This document shows positions 31,601-41,340 of a DNA stretch of 64,000 bases, piece after piece. The notes below the pieces were generated by a model that worked only from the letters and a program-made list of their open reading frames with translations, was not told the DNA's origin and did no database searches. The number at the start of each line of letters is the position of its first letter. Within the stretch, counting starts at the first letter, position 1. The stretch is from a virus. The stretch is from the IMG/VR virus record IMGVR_UViG_3300043395_000420, positions 29,246 to 93,245 of that record; one strand, 5' to 3'. A program made the translations under genes and the position numbers.

Positions 31601-34600
31601 AATATAATGCGCATATTTATTAACAGGGTCATAATCCGGATGATGAGTTTTCATATAATCCTGAACACTTTGATTATATAACTCATTTGTTTCTTGTTCT
31701 AATCTTTTAATTTGTTCTCTGATAGGTTGCTGTTCTTCCCACGTGTATTTGCTTAATGATTCTCCTAATTCACGCGCCTTTTTCATTTTTTCCTGATAAG
31801 GTTGAGTCTTTAACCATTCAGATAAATTTTTACTAGTACCTTCTTTTTTAATTAAAAAATCAAAAGCATCTGTTGCCTGATTTGATCTTTCTGTTCTTAA
31901 TAGTTTTTTATCATATGTTAGAGGGGGAAATAATTCATCCATTTTAGCCTGTTTTACTGCCGCAAACTCATCCATAAAATCATCTAGTACATCGTCAGGT
32001 ACAAATTCACCATCAGCAACACCATATTTTTTTCTTAAATCTTTTTGTAATTTTGGAACCTCATCTAAAAATGTATTTAATCTATCATATTTTTCTTGGC
32101 TTATACTACCTCTTTCTAGATAATGTTTAAGATCGTCTCTTGTAACACCTCTTAAAGTTTCTAAACTAACTCCTCTTTCACCAGCTTTAGGTAAATATTC
32201 ATCATAGTACTCGGGTCTATTTTCAGTTATCCAGTCTTGTCTATTAGCTGATGAAAAGTTTGTAGGTCGTTTTGCTTTAACAATATAACCGTTACCATAA
32301 GTGTATCCTTCAGCTGTACGCATTGAGTTACTTGTATACAAACCTTCTAAACCCCTACCTAAGTAATGATTATCTAATGATGCTCTTCCATATCCTGTAC
32401 TTATAGGAATATGCGTTGCCATATATTCAGCTGCACCTTGAGGGTTATTTATATAATCTATACCATTTTTTTCAAAATTGTCTGTAATGTTTTTCCATAG
32501 TTCTTTACCTTTTTCAGGTCCGTATTCTCTAACTAATGCTTTTTGTAATTCATCCCAATTAGTACTTATACCTCTTACAAAAGTATTATGTCTATTCATT
32601 AAACCTCTAATAGTTCTATTAGTTAGTTCATCTGATTGTGCTATTCTTTCTAGGTTAGCAGGAAGTTCGTATCCATATTGATTTGCAAATTCTTGTAACT
32701 TTTGAAGATCTTCTAAATTTTTAGATGCATTTGCAGAAGAACTTGTCACATTTTTTAACAGGGTTTCTGTAGTAATAAATTTACCGGTTTGTTTTGCACC
32801 ACTTATAGCAGCTTTTCCTATACCTACACCAACAAAGTCTAATGCATTTAGTCCTGTTGCAATTGCTGCATCTGTAATATTTGATGTTGTAGGATTATCA
32901 ACAGCTTTAGATATTATATTATATGTATGTGGTAATTGAGTAATTCCGTATCCTGTACCTAATGCAGCTATTGTATTACCTACTGTAATTCCAGGAACTG
33001 CAGAACCTGCTACAATCATTGGTGCTTCTAATGATCCTATTACAGCTGGTGCCGCAAATGGTGCTGCTAATACTCCAGTTGCTAATGCTGACTTCTGTAC
33101 AAAATCTTTTTGATTATCAATAATGTACTGTCTAGCTTTTTCAGGAGTCATTTTTGTTACGTCCTTTTTTATCTTACCAACTATTTTTTTATCTTGCTGA
33201 TCCCATGTACGTTTATCTTTAGATAAAGTTTTAGTAGTCTGATCTACTTCAGTTTGTTGATCAGGTTTTAAAAAATGTAAAGTTCTAGTATGTGGATTAT
33301 ACCCACCTTTTCCTTCATAAACTAGTTTACGAATTTGTGCGTCATATCTATCATCTCCAGAATACATTGCACGATTATCAAACCATTCAGGATTATCTTT
33401 ATAAGTAAGAACTTGATTAGGATATGTATTAAGGTCTACTTGTCCTTTGTCTTGATATTTTACAAGTCCCCCATACTGTTTCTGAATTTTATTCTTTTCA
33501 TTGTAGTAATCTTTTTCTTCAGACTCTACAGCTCTCATAACATATTTCTTATTTACATTATCCCAGACAGCTTCATAGTTTGGTTGCTGACCTGTTCTAT
33601 TGCCATAATTAAGTTGACCAATGTTTTGAGATTTTCTAAAAGTCTTACCCAGACCTATATTAGTATCAATGTTCTTTAAACTAGGTACTGTTACTGGTAA
33701 TCTTTTAAGAGGTAATGGTTCTATCCTGTTTAATGTTTCATCATCTACTATTCCTAGTCCAATATTTGGATCAAAATTAGGATCTCCTGTCCATACTGGT
33801 ATTGTTTTAGGAGCAGCATATCTAGGACTCCATGCTCTACCATCCCAGTAAACTCCTACAGGTCTAATTTTAGGATGTACAACATCTGCTGATGTATGAT
33901 ACATAATATTATCATCAGTAAGTCCTAAAGATTTGTAATACTTAATAAGGTCTCTGTCTTCTTTTGTGACAAAGTAGTTATCAGTAAACATATCTTTTTC
34001 ATTTATAAAGTCTTTAGCCATTGGGCCGTAACTTTCTAAACCTGGAACAACTCTTGGAATTCTATTATTTTTTAAATTTTTTACACTAAAGTCTGAAATA
34101 GGTGGTGCATTTTTTATACTTTTTCTTGCAGCTGTGTATTGGTTACTAGGAGCATTTTTATTCATTAACCTATTCTGCATAACCATAGCTTGATTCAAAA
34201 TAGTACTATCTTGATATGCAGCAAATGCTTTTAAGAACTCATCTTTATCATCAATATATCGTGGTACTTGTCCTTTCTTCTGATATTTAGTAAGTCCCCC
34301 GTATTGCTTTTTAATTTTATTTTTCTCATTATAGTAATTTTGTTCTTCTGGTTCTATTTCCTGCATAGTCCATTTTTTATTTGTGTTGTCCCATACGGCT
34401 TTATAATTTGGTTGTTGACCCGTACGATTTCCATAATTTAATTGACCTATACTTTGAGAATCAAATCTACCTTTACCTAAACCTATTCTTGTATCAATTG
34501 ATCTTAACTGTGGTACAGTTACTGGTAATTTAGTTAGTGGTTTAGATTCTATTCTTTCTAATGGCGGTTCAAATACTACAGGTTGAGTTGGTTTTTTATA

Positions 34601-35137
34601 AACTGGAGCATTTGGATCAGATAAAGGTAATCCCCAACCATACCAACTACCCCTTATTGGTTCTAATTCTTCTTTATTTAAGTCTTCTAGTCTATCAAAA
34701 GCATCATGAACATTTCTGGGTACAAAACCACGTGTTGTTAGTATTTCTCTTGCTTCATTAAATCTACCAGCGTTTATTAAATCATCAATATATTTAGCAT
34801 TTTTTGCTGCAATTGCTGGACCATTGTATACAGTTAAACTATCTTGATAAGCTTGGTTTGCTATTTTAAATTCTTCAGGATCTGATATCACACGTGGTAC
34901 TTGTTTACCTTTTTGATATTTACCTAAAGGTATCTCAGTAACATACTGACCTGGGAAAGTATAATCCATACCCGGCATCATCATTTGACGGTTACCTAAG
35001 TTGTCTATGCCCATTATAGGAAATGGAACAGTATGCATAGTAATCTGATTACTAGGGATAATGTTCATTGGGTTGTATCTATCCGGACTGTTAGGTAAGT
35101 ATCCGGTATTAGTAATTCTTACTTTACGTTTATTCAT
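28649..35137 (-). CDS. Polyvalent modular protein (internal repeats; ART-like, HExxH zincin and DUF6973-like modules)
   Basis: 2162 aa with two internal duplications and xxGG linkers. Motifs FVRG...GLYTSNS..AEGY, GIHEINH..GELHSE and DNFRH..GHE..DIFNNAYG. TAATG-coupled to the muzzle gene. Confidence 0.7.
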   Translation of the reverse strand: MNKRKVRITNTGYLPNSPDRYNPMNIIPSNQITMHTVPFPIMGIDNLGNRQMMMPGMDYTFPGQYVTEIPLGKYQKGKQVPRVISDPEEFKIANQAYQDSLTVYNGPAIAAKNAKYIDDLINAGRFNEAREILTTRGFVPRNVHDAFDRLEDLNKEELEPIRGSWYGWGLPLSDPNAPVYKKPTQPVVFEPPLERIESKPLTKLPVTVPQLRSIDTRIGLGKGRFDSQSIGQLNYGNRTGQQPNYKAVWDNTNKKWTMQEIEPEEQNYYNEKNKIKKQYGGLTKYQKKGQVPRYIDDKDEFLKAFAAYQDSTILNQAMVMQNRLMNKNAPSNQYTAARKSIKNAPPISDFSVKNLKNNRIPRVVPGLESYGPMAKDFINEKDMFTDNYFVTKEDRDLIKYYKSLGLTDDNIMYHTSADVVHPKIRPVGVYWDGRAWSPRYAAPKTIPVWTGDPNFDPNIGLGIVDDETLNRIEPLPLKRLPVTVPSLKNIDTNIGLGKTFRKSQNIGQLNYGNRTGQQPNYEAVWDNVNKKYVMRAVESEEKDYYNEKNKIQKQYGGLVKYQDKGQVDLNTYPNQVLTYKDNPEWFDNRAMYSGDDRYDAQIRKLVYEGKGGYNPHTRTLHFLKPDQQTEVDQTTKTLSKDKRTWDQQDKKIVGKIKKDVTKMTPEKARQYIIDNQKDFVQKSALATGVLAAPFAAPAVIGSLEAPMIVAGSAVPGITVGNTIAALGTGYGITQLPHTYNIISKAVDNPTTSNITDAAIATGLNALDFVGVGIGKAAISGAKQTGKFITTETLLKNVTSSSANASKNLEDLQKLQEFANQYGYELPANLERIAQSDELTNRTIRGLMNRHNTFVRGISTNWDELQKALVREYGPEKGKELWKNITDNFEKNGIDYINNPQGAAEYMATHIPISTGYGRASLDNHYLGRGLEGLYTSNSMRTAEGYTYGNGYIVKAKRPTNFSSANRQDWITENRPEYYDEYLPKAGERGVSLETLRGVTRDDLKHYLERGSISQEKYDRLNTFLDEVPKLQKDLRKKYGVADGEFVPDDVLDDFMDEFAAVKQAKMDELFPPLTYDKKLLRTERSNQATDAFDFLIKKEGTSKNLSEWLKTQPYQEKMKKARELGESLSKYTWEEQQPIREQIKRLEQETNELYNQSVQDYMKTHHPDYDPVNKYAHYIHLGTPGEKALEPIRSWRITPEKWENRSRGHQNLYTKGLSAMETGGGIYLGKYMFRNGGLVKMQGDDSPSQVSPKGKGWREYKTPTGQSLYLDPRFKNQRYYVDEKGNAITPDQNMSLFDVQDNIWESGTSMAPLVIDTKKEDFEKYLADQQGTLKPAPEGFERLKHQFIYAMDQPLDALGSLIQRGYIPQGNLSGNYPTSSPMSDIIGAFNPASVLMDIGRVGRDLGEKETYTTWGGAGEAGLNIAGFLPFGSIAKKVSKNIPSKVYNNRTIDEFFKENKIGKSLDEIELEGLQDLERQKVSIDRVPESGYSKSFTRADQQKAFDEATEFDKLWTYSKQGLEDYEKIKPEIQKLKDAKAIKDKEYYDKVAELDKRSNEIELELASDTEGKNLARLTDEKEALERQENTLWLTTFNEKAELDKAIDDLKNSISIYDPEFERKALELKKANNDYDIDKLQVVLPNDERNKLVYFNEDDPSFQNLLELEKLFLRQNIDDIGGVRLNNSTITLGTRKKPIITTHIKKEKLPWSWSNPFKTKTKKSLVDLEQNMLVNPTEVGGVGIHEINHDRQLINNWIDAVQHHDPNYAYYVNHDKNDLAKMFKSIMVEPTAPDNGKYTYQTWLSGLGELHSELGKARLKTAKDMMKDHGISMEEAVKILKQDRDDFTDYLIEEGNLNKHFKPETSLAEKRAAIKILPVAVPAIGAGYLGSKLYESQTDKPAVNKQFVSFKNGGSYLGQYEFKNGGLVRMQDGGAKGKEYKTPTGESIYLDPNFKTYARYIDSKGNVIPNTELQKFSMIYNPENDIWESTHSERSLPVIETRMSYEDRLNKSLGDPMGKAAREAEEGIEPGEDPVDNFRHPLAGMYTQQAIAKKTGNIPVISPALGWLGANAMGVGHELGTIFNDNRPLKYKGREALEDIFNNAYGATIGLLPIPNKSKEEILYKTSAKNMIPDGISNPDGRDFYFKKNGGAIKKVKIKSLPRKNK
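29180..31470 (-). repeat. Second diverged repeat (~29180-29420 and ~31210-31470) inside the 2162-aa gene
   Basis: Both copies encode GG..YLG.Y.F.NGGLV.MQ...EYKTPTG.S.YLDP.FK...Y.D.KGN.I...IWES. Confidence 0.85.
33437..34565 (-). repeat. Diverged direct repeat (~300 bp units at ~34265-34565 and ~33437-33735) inside the 2162-aa gene
   Basis: Both copies encode L.RIE..PL..LPVTVP.L..IDT.IGLGK....SQ.IGQLNYGNRTGQQPNY.AVWDN.NKK..M...E.EE..YYNEKNKI.KQYGGL.KYQ.KGQV. Confidence 0.9.
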
Positions 35138-38100
35138 TATCGTGGAGATTGCTGATTCTTGTTATTAGCTAATTTAAACAACATTTTCACGTTTCCTGAT
35201 ATGTTTCTGTATAAAAGTACGTGAGATGTATAGTGTCTAAACTTCTTACGTTCAAATGGTAGTTTCTGATAGTTTAGATTATTAGGATTAAGTTTACGTT
35301 TAAACCCGTTAAGTTCTGTATCCCATATTGTTTGTTGTACATTAGGATAGGTATATTCTCCGCGGTCTTTGGTAATATCCCAGAACTGATTAAACCTATA
35401 CTTCTGTTCTACCTTAGTGTATAATACATCAATGCTATCCAGATTTATTTTAGGATAGGTTAGTTCTAAAAGAGGATCTCTTCTTGGTTGTAGGTTAAGA
35501 TTTAATACCCCGGATACCTGTTCTGTATTATGTACAACTGCCCTATCAAAGTTAAAATCTAATACATGATAAGTATCAATACCATCAATGTCATATGTAT
35601 AACATTCTAGATCATACTCAATTGATTTTAAAGTGTTTACTATTTGACCGGTTTGTGCAATATATTCTATTTCAAATGGATAGTCTACACCGTAGTAGTT
35701 TGCAAATAGTTGAGTATTATCATTATGTCTCCAGATTGTACCTTTACCATCTAAAGTTTTTGTAGTTAAAAAATGTAACTTACTTGATAGGGTCAGTTCT
35801 GGTTGCCAGTCATGAAAGGATATCCATAATTGATTTTTAGGGTCATAACTAACTGTCCAACTTGTATTCTCAAAATAAACGGGGTCTCCTAGTTTGATAG
35901 TTATATTACCATAGTTAAATAAGTTATCATTACCTGTATATGTAACAAGACCTTTATACTCAGCTTTTAATCTATAGTCTGTTTTACAAAAGTATAATAG
36001 TAAGTCTGTGTTATCATATGTAGTTTGACAACCTACACCAACTATAGTATTATCTATTAGTTTAAAATCGGGAAAGTCTTCTAAAATAGTAAATGGTAAA
36101 TATCTATTAAACCACCAACGCATACCTGACGCGGATATTTCTTCTAATCCTTTTCCGGTTATACCAAATACTTTACCTTGAGCCTGACTCATAAAGTATA
36201 TACCAATAGGTGTATTTACAATAGAGTTTCTATTTTGACATGACCCATGTTGATATTCTTGGTCTGCATTAGTAAGAGATTGTTGAGCCTGTGAAAATAA
36301 ACCACCGTCTCCTAATGTAATTTTTGTACCAAGATCGGTTTGAAGAGTATCTACTCCCTGAAACATTAAGGGAGCATCATTTTCAAATAGTATAGTTATA
36401 CCGTTCTTATTGATAGGTTTAGCACCAGTAATACGGGAAGTAAAATCTCTATAGTTATTTACTAAGTATATAAACCAAAAATCTTTAATAGCTTCTTTCT
36501 GTTGAGCTAAAGAATATATTAATCTATTAGGTTGATATGTATAACAGGTTTCTGCTTTTAATGGATCATAGTATCTGGGTTGTAAATATCCCCACGTTGT
36601 GTTATTACTAAATACCTTAGAGTTACTTAATGATAAATCATACTTGTAAAAGTTTCCTTCTTTGATATAAAGAGGATTAAATAAACCTTCTAAATTAGTA
36701 TAAGAATAGGGATCATAATGATATTCTCTTTCTTGTATACCTCTGTCTCTTAAATCTACGTTTATTTCTGATTCAACAAAAAAGTCTCTTACACCAGATT
36801 GAAACAAATACATGTAACAATCTTTTTTATCAAATCTGATACTATCTACAAAACTTGCTAAGGTTTGTAAAGGATTAGTAGGAAATATATTTATAATGTC
36901 TTGAGTAATGGTACCAATACCATTTACTACATCATTAATAGATGTGGCTACTCCAGTTAAAACATCTTGTATTAATTGTATTGTGTCGTTTGTTGCATTT
37001 CCTAAACCAAATAGGTTTGCGTAATTAGTACTTGAGAAATAATCATTATCAAGATTAAACTGATTAGAAGGAAGTCCATCGAGTACATCAAAAAAGTCAA
37101 ACGTAATAAGATTACTTATGGCTGTTTGTAGAAATGAATTTGTGTCAAACTTAGTAAAGTCTGCCCAAAACCTAGGATTATTAATCATAGTCTTGAATCT
37201 ATAATCCATCTCTGTGCCATCTGGCATATTCATTAACCAATCATAGAAATAGAAGAAAGTATTTTTTTCGGTATATCTACCAATATAAATATCTCCGCCA
37301 TATATAATCGGAGAACTCATTGTAAATGAAGAACTTGTAATGCTGTTATTATTATTAACAATATGACAACTTCCTGTAGGTACCTGTATTATAGAATCTA
37401 ACTGACCGTACTGATTTCTAATTCTTTGTTTTAAACCTCCATAGTAACTTACTGCAGTGGTATTAAACTCATCAAAGTTATGTCCTCTATTACCATTGTA
37501 GTCGAACCATAAATTAGTTATGTTACTATAGTTTGGAAGTAGTCCGTTATTTCTTGCAGAACTTACTACTTGTGTACTATTATCTGTAACATAGCCAGGA
37601 TCTACTAATTCTGCTCTAGGATTAGCCGTACTTATACTTCTTAAACTTAAAGCAACTGTTTTATTTCGGTAAGCATTATTAATACGTTTTTCGTCAAATT
37701 CTTGTAGTTGATCTGATAAGTATACAGCATCTTTTAAATATCTTCTAGTATTTGCTAAACTAAGTCTAGCATTACCTTGATTATGCTGATGTAAGTTTCC
37801 ATGAGATATATAACTTGTAGCAAACTGTCTATACTTCATAGTAGATCTTATTAGATCTAATGCAGCATCGGTTCCTTGTGTCATGTAATAAGTATACGTA
37901 ACTAATCCACCAAATGCTTTTACTATAGGAGGCATCATACCAAACTCACTTTGCTCATAACTAAAGTCCTGGGTATAGCCCTGTCCTCCTGCTATAGTCA
38001 TGTTAAGTGTATCATTTAAAGTGAGTAACCCTGATAAAAGCATGTTTGATATATCCAGTCCAACTGCAGTTCCTCCAACATTACCTACTGTATTTTCAGT

Positions 38101-40434
38101 AATATTTTGAACTTGTGATAATGCTGTAGCAACTTGAGCAATTAACGGAGAACTTATAGCAGCGGGGACACCACTTATATTCTGACCAGAGTTAAACATA
38201 CTAGATGTATTAATAACTTTAGTTTCTTTACCGCGTACAGCTAGCGCGGCAGAACCCATACCAATACATAACGCTATCATAAATGATAAGTCAGTAGGTA
38301 ACTTTTCTTTAGGATGACCTTCTACTTCTTGAAAATTTCCTCTTACGTTAGAAGTAGAACCTACTTCTCCATATAGTCTTAATTCTTCTGCTGCTAAAAA
38401 AGGTCTAGTAAAAGAGGTATCAGGAGAATGAAATGTAAAATAACTTCTAGAATACTCTCTAGCAAAATACAACGGTTGATTCCATTTATTATCTTCCGAA
38501 TCAAATGTCATATCAGCATTCCATGCTATTGTGGTTAATGACGGATCAGGCTGTAAAGAATTATAAGGATAGTTTTGATATAATATCTGTTCTTCTTCAG
38601 GAGTCTCATAGGCACGCATATTATTAATAATACCTTTAGCAATAACTGTACGATTACCTTGTCGTGAACTTCTTAGTATTTCATAGCCTACTATACCAGG
38701 TATTACATTACCATTATTATCTACAGGAGCTTTAATATTATTAAACCTTACACCTAGTATACGAATAGCATCTGGATTGTTTCTCCCTCCTTTAGTTCTA
38801 ACTCTAGAGTAGTTGATTGGATCACCGTCGTTAATACGCGTAGTATTAAGAATATCTGCAGGCATCTTATGATGTCTAATGGGCTTACCACATAGATCAT
38901 GATTAGAGTTTCCAGATGCTGACCAAGGATGACTACTAGCATTCCATATATCAGGTTTATTACTAGGATAAAGTTCAGTTGATTCCCAGTAACCCATTTT
39001 ACCATATGCTACAACTTTACCGGGTATAACTGTTCCGTTATTTAATAAACTTGTAGGAGATGTTACATATGCTGTATTAATCATTTCCCAAATCTTTGGA
39101 GCTGTATAAGGACCTCCGTCAAAATTAGATGCTGCTAAATCAACGTTATCATTAGTATTAAGATTAGGTGTTGCTAACCATTGTCCATTAGGTTGTATTT
39201 CTCTATTAAGTTCAGCAGGTCTACCGGGAATATGATATGAACTAGATCTATCTCCTGTATCATATACCCATCTTATAAAAAACGCGTATTGTTCATCTCT
39301 CATGTAACCTGTATCAGAACCTCCTCTTCTGTAGTAGTCGGGTCTCTGTTCTACCATCACCCATTCTGTATCTATTTGATTAGCAAGAGGTTGGTAATTA
39401 AAATCTAGTCTGCTGTATGGAGCAACACGAATTGCATACTCTCCATTTCTGTATATAGCATCTGATTTTTCATAAACAGGAGTTACTAAGGGTATAAATT
39501 TTAAAGGTACACTTTCTAATGCTAAATTTATATTATCTAAAAATATTTCTACAGCATTACCTTGAGTATTATAATATCCTATTTTTTTAGCAACAGCTTG
39601 CTGATTTGTAATTGTTACAACAACTAATTCAAATTCTTCAAAAGTAGTAGTTTCTAAATTAGATACTTTTATTAATAAAGAACAAGATTCATTTTGATAA
39701 TCAAATAAAGGTTGAATATTACTAGGAGGAAAATAGTCAGTTACTCGTTGCCCGTTAATCGAATATGCAACTAGTGCATAATAAGAACCGTTTAATAGAG
39801 TTCCTCCAGCAGCACCTTTTTCTGCAGAAACAGAAGGAATATTCATTAACCTAGATAATCTAAGTTGTTCACAGTCTAACTGATAAGGTTGTATAAATTC
39901 GCACTCTTGACAAGTACTTTTTATGAGAGGAAGTTCACAAACATATGGTACACCAGGCCATGGATCATTATAAGGAGCATTTCTTATATCTCCAACATTT
40001 AATGTTCTATCTGGATTTAAACCATCTGCCCAATAAACTTGCCATGAACAATCAAAGTTTTGTTTAGATATCCCTGTTATAATATGAGTTCTATTAAAAT
40101 TTAAACAACTTGCATTTACTATTTTACTATAAGTACATGTACCCTCTTCAAAAAAACCTATTTCGGAATTTATATCATCTGTGGAATATACTACCCATTG
40201 ATCTCCTTGAAGATTAATAGCACCAATTACTGTATAAGGAGCCTGTGTACATTTAATATTTGCAGGTTCATTACCTATAAGACCCACACCTCCTCCAACA
40301 GTATTATTAATTGCATTTCTTGCATGTGACCATGTACCTTCTGGATAGAAAGCATCATCATAGTCTTTTAATAATCCTTTATTAAATGATTCAGTTTCAG
40401 CACTATTAGTAGATTGGGGAGAATTTTTAGCCAT
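35137..40434 (-). CDS. Tail muzzle / stabilization protein (crAss-like, P22 gp10-like)
   Basis: 1765 aa. N-terminal FNKGLLKD...WSHARNA beta-propeller-like region, YMRDEQYAF motif and C-terminal TVSYDPKNQLWISFHDW. Located after the ring genes. Confidence 0.8.
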   Translation of the reverse strand: MAKNSPQSTNSAETESFNKGLLKDYDDAFYPEGTWSHARNAINNTVGGGVGLIGNEPANIKCTQAPYTVIGAINLQGDQWVVYSTDDINSEIGFFEEGTCTYSKIVNASCLNFNRTHIITGISKQNFDCSWQVYWADGLNPDRTLNVGDIRNAPYNDPWPGVPYVCELPLIKSTCQECEFIQPYQLDCEQLRLSRLMNIPSVSAEKGAAGGTLLNGSYYALVAYSINGQRVTDYFPPSNIQPLFDYQNESCSLLIKVSNLETTTFEEFELVVVTITNQQAVAKKIGYYNTQGNAVEIFLDNINLALESVPLKFIPLVTPVYEKSDAIYRNGEYAIRVAPYSRLDFNYQPLANQIDTEWVMVEQRPDYYRRGGSDTGYMRDEQYAFFIRWVYDTGDRSSSYHIPGRPAELNREIQPNGQWLATPNLNTNDNVDLAASNFDGGPYTAPKIWEMINTAYVTSPTSLLNNGTVIPGKVVAYGKMGYWESTELYPSNKPDIWNASSHPWSASGNSNHDLCGKPIRHHKMPADILNTTRINDGDPINYSRVRTKGGRNNPDAIRILGVRFNNIKAPVDNNGNVIPGIVGYEILRSSRQGNRTVIAKGIINNMRAYETPEEEQILYQNYPYNSLQPDPSLTTIAWNADMTFDSEDNKWNQPLYFAREYSRSYFTFHSPDTSFTRPFLAAEELRLYGEVGSTSNVRGNFQEVEGHPKEKLPTDLSFMIALCIGMGSAALAVRGKETKVINTSSMFNSGQNISGVPAAISSPLIAQVATALSQVQNITENTVGNVGGTAVGLDISNMLLSGLLTLNDTLNMTIAGGQGYTQDFSYEQSEFGMMPPIVKAFGGLVTYTYYMTQGTDAALDLIRSTMKYRQFATSYISHGNLHQHNQGNARLSLANTRRYLKDAVYLSDQLQEFDEKRINNAYRNKTVALSLRSISTANPRAELVDPGYVTDNSTQVVSSARNNGLLPNYSNITNLWFDYNGNRGHNFDEFNTTAVSYYGGLKQRIRNQYGQLDSIIQVPTGSCHIVNNNNSITSSSFTMSSPIIYGGDIYIGRYTEKNTFFYFYDWLMNMPDGTEMDYRFKTMINNPRFWADFTKFDTNSFLQTAISNLITFDFFDVLDGLPSNQFNLDNDYFSSTNYANLFGLGNATNDTIQLIQDVLTGVATSINDVVNGIGTITQDIINIFPTNPLQTLASFVDSIRFDKKDCYMYLFQSGVRDFFVESEINVDLRDRGIQEREYHYDPYSYTNLEGLFNPLYIKEGNFYKYDLSLSNSKVFSNNTTWGYLQPRYYDPLKAETCYTYQPNRLIYSLAQQKEAIKDFWFIYLVNNYRDFTSRITGAKPINKNGITILFENDAPLMFQGVDTLQTDLGTKITLGDGGLFSQAQQSLTNADQEYQHGSCQNRNSIVNTPIGIYFMSQAQGKVFGITGKGLEEISASGMRWWFNRYLPFTILEDFPDFKLIDNTIVGVGCQTTYDNTDLLLYFCKTDYRLKAEYKGLVTYTGNDNLFNYGNITIKLGDPVYFENTSWTVSYDPKNQLWISFHDWQPELTLSSKLHFLTTKTLDGKGTIWRHNDNTQLFANYYGVDYPFEIEYIAQTGQIVNTLKSIEYDLECYTYDIDGIDTYHVLDFNFDRAVVHNTEQVSGVLNLNLQPRRDPLLELTYPKINLDSIDVLYTKVEQKYRFNQFWDITKDRGEYTYPNVQQTIWDTELNGFKRKLNPNNLNYQKLPFERKKFRHYTSHVLLYRNISGNVKMLFKLANNKNQQSPR

Positions 40435-40435
40435 A

Positions 40436-41338
40436 TTAAACTGCGTTATTTACTTTATAACTAGTAGGGTAGTTGTATGATTTGAACATATCATAGTATT
40501 TAGCATACATAGCTTTTCTATTCATTGCCCAAACCTTTTGCATTTCAGAGAAGTTAGGTGTATTAACTATGGATAGTGCATTATTTCTTGCTGCTCTAAG
40601 TTCACCACTTACTAGTTGTAATTGGGTTACAACATTTTGACCATCCATTAATAAGTTTTCTAATATGCGTTTCTTAATAGAATATTCATAATATTCATTA
40701 ATCATGGGATGATCCACAACTAAGAGTTCACCATTATCATTAACCATTGTACCTTGATAGTTAATATATAAATGTCCTGTCTCAAAGTTTGTCCAAATAA
40801 AACCATCTTTAATCCATGCCTCATCTGTACCCTTATAAGTTAGATTTGGGCAGTTCTCATCTACCATATGAGAATTTCTAAACTGAATAGGCACCATTAA
40901 ATTATAAGTTCTTTTCTGTGTACCTATAACTTGTATTAATTGATAGCTATTTCCGCATTTAGTAAGACAGGTTTGTTCTGGAGGTAATGTAGTTCCGTCA
41001 CATAAAGTAGACTCTACCCAAGGCCTATAACTAGGTACAACTTCTTGAATATTAGTACCTTGAGGTAATACTTCTTCAGTAGTACATGAACCGCAAAGCA
41101 TTGCATAGTTCATTACATAAAAATCTTCTGGAAGACGTACTTTACATTTTTCAACTTCTAATACTACTTCTTTAGTTTGGTATATTCTTAAACCTAAATC
41201 ATAGTTTACCTTCATTGCAATTTTAATTAACTGAGAAGGATCTATGACTCCGTCTGTAGACAAACTCCTTAAGTCATTTCTTACGTCTTCTAATAAAGAC
41301 TCAAAGGTTCTATATTTTAATGTGTAATTATAATCCAT
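40436..41338 (-). CDS. Tail ring / tubular protein
   Basis: 300 aa with KVRLPEDF and GHLYINYQG motifs; synteny between the IHF-like gene and the muzzle gene. Confidence 0.65.
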   Translation of the reverse strand: MDYNYTLKYRTFESLLEDVRNDLRSLSTDGVIDPSQLIKIAMKVNYDLGLRIYQTKEVVLEVEKCKVRLPEDFYVMNYAMLCGSCTTEEVLPQGTNIQEVVPSYRPWVESTLCDGTTLPPEQTCLTKCGNSYQLIQVIGTQKRTYNLMVPIQFRNSHMVDENCPNLTYKGTDEAWIKDGFIWTNFETGHLYINYQGTMVNDNGELLVVDHPMINEYYEYSIKKRILENLLMDGQNVVTQLQLVSGELRAARNNALSIVNTPNFSEMQKVWAMNRKAMYAKYYDMFKSYNYPTSYKVNNAV

Positions 41339-41340
41339 TA

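Noticed and set aside
33437-34565. Repeat pair as a diversity-generating retroelement TR/VR
   Set aside because: Differences are mostly synonymous and affect all bases rather than adenines only; both copies are in-frame coding; no reverse transcriptase in the window.
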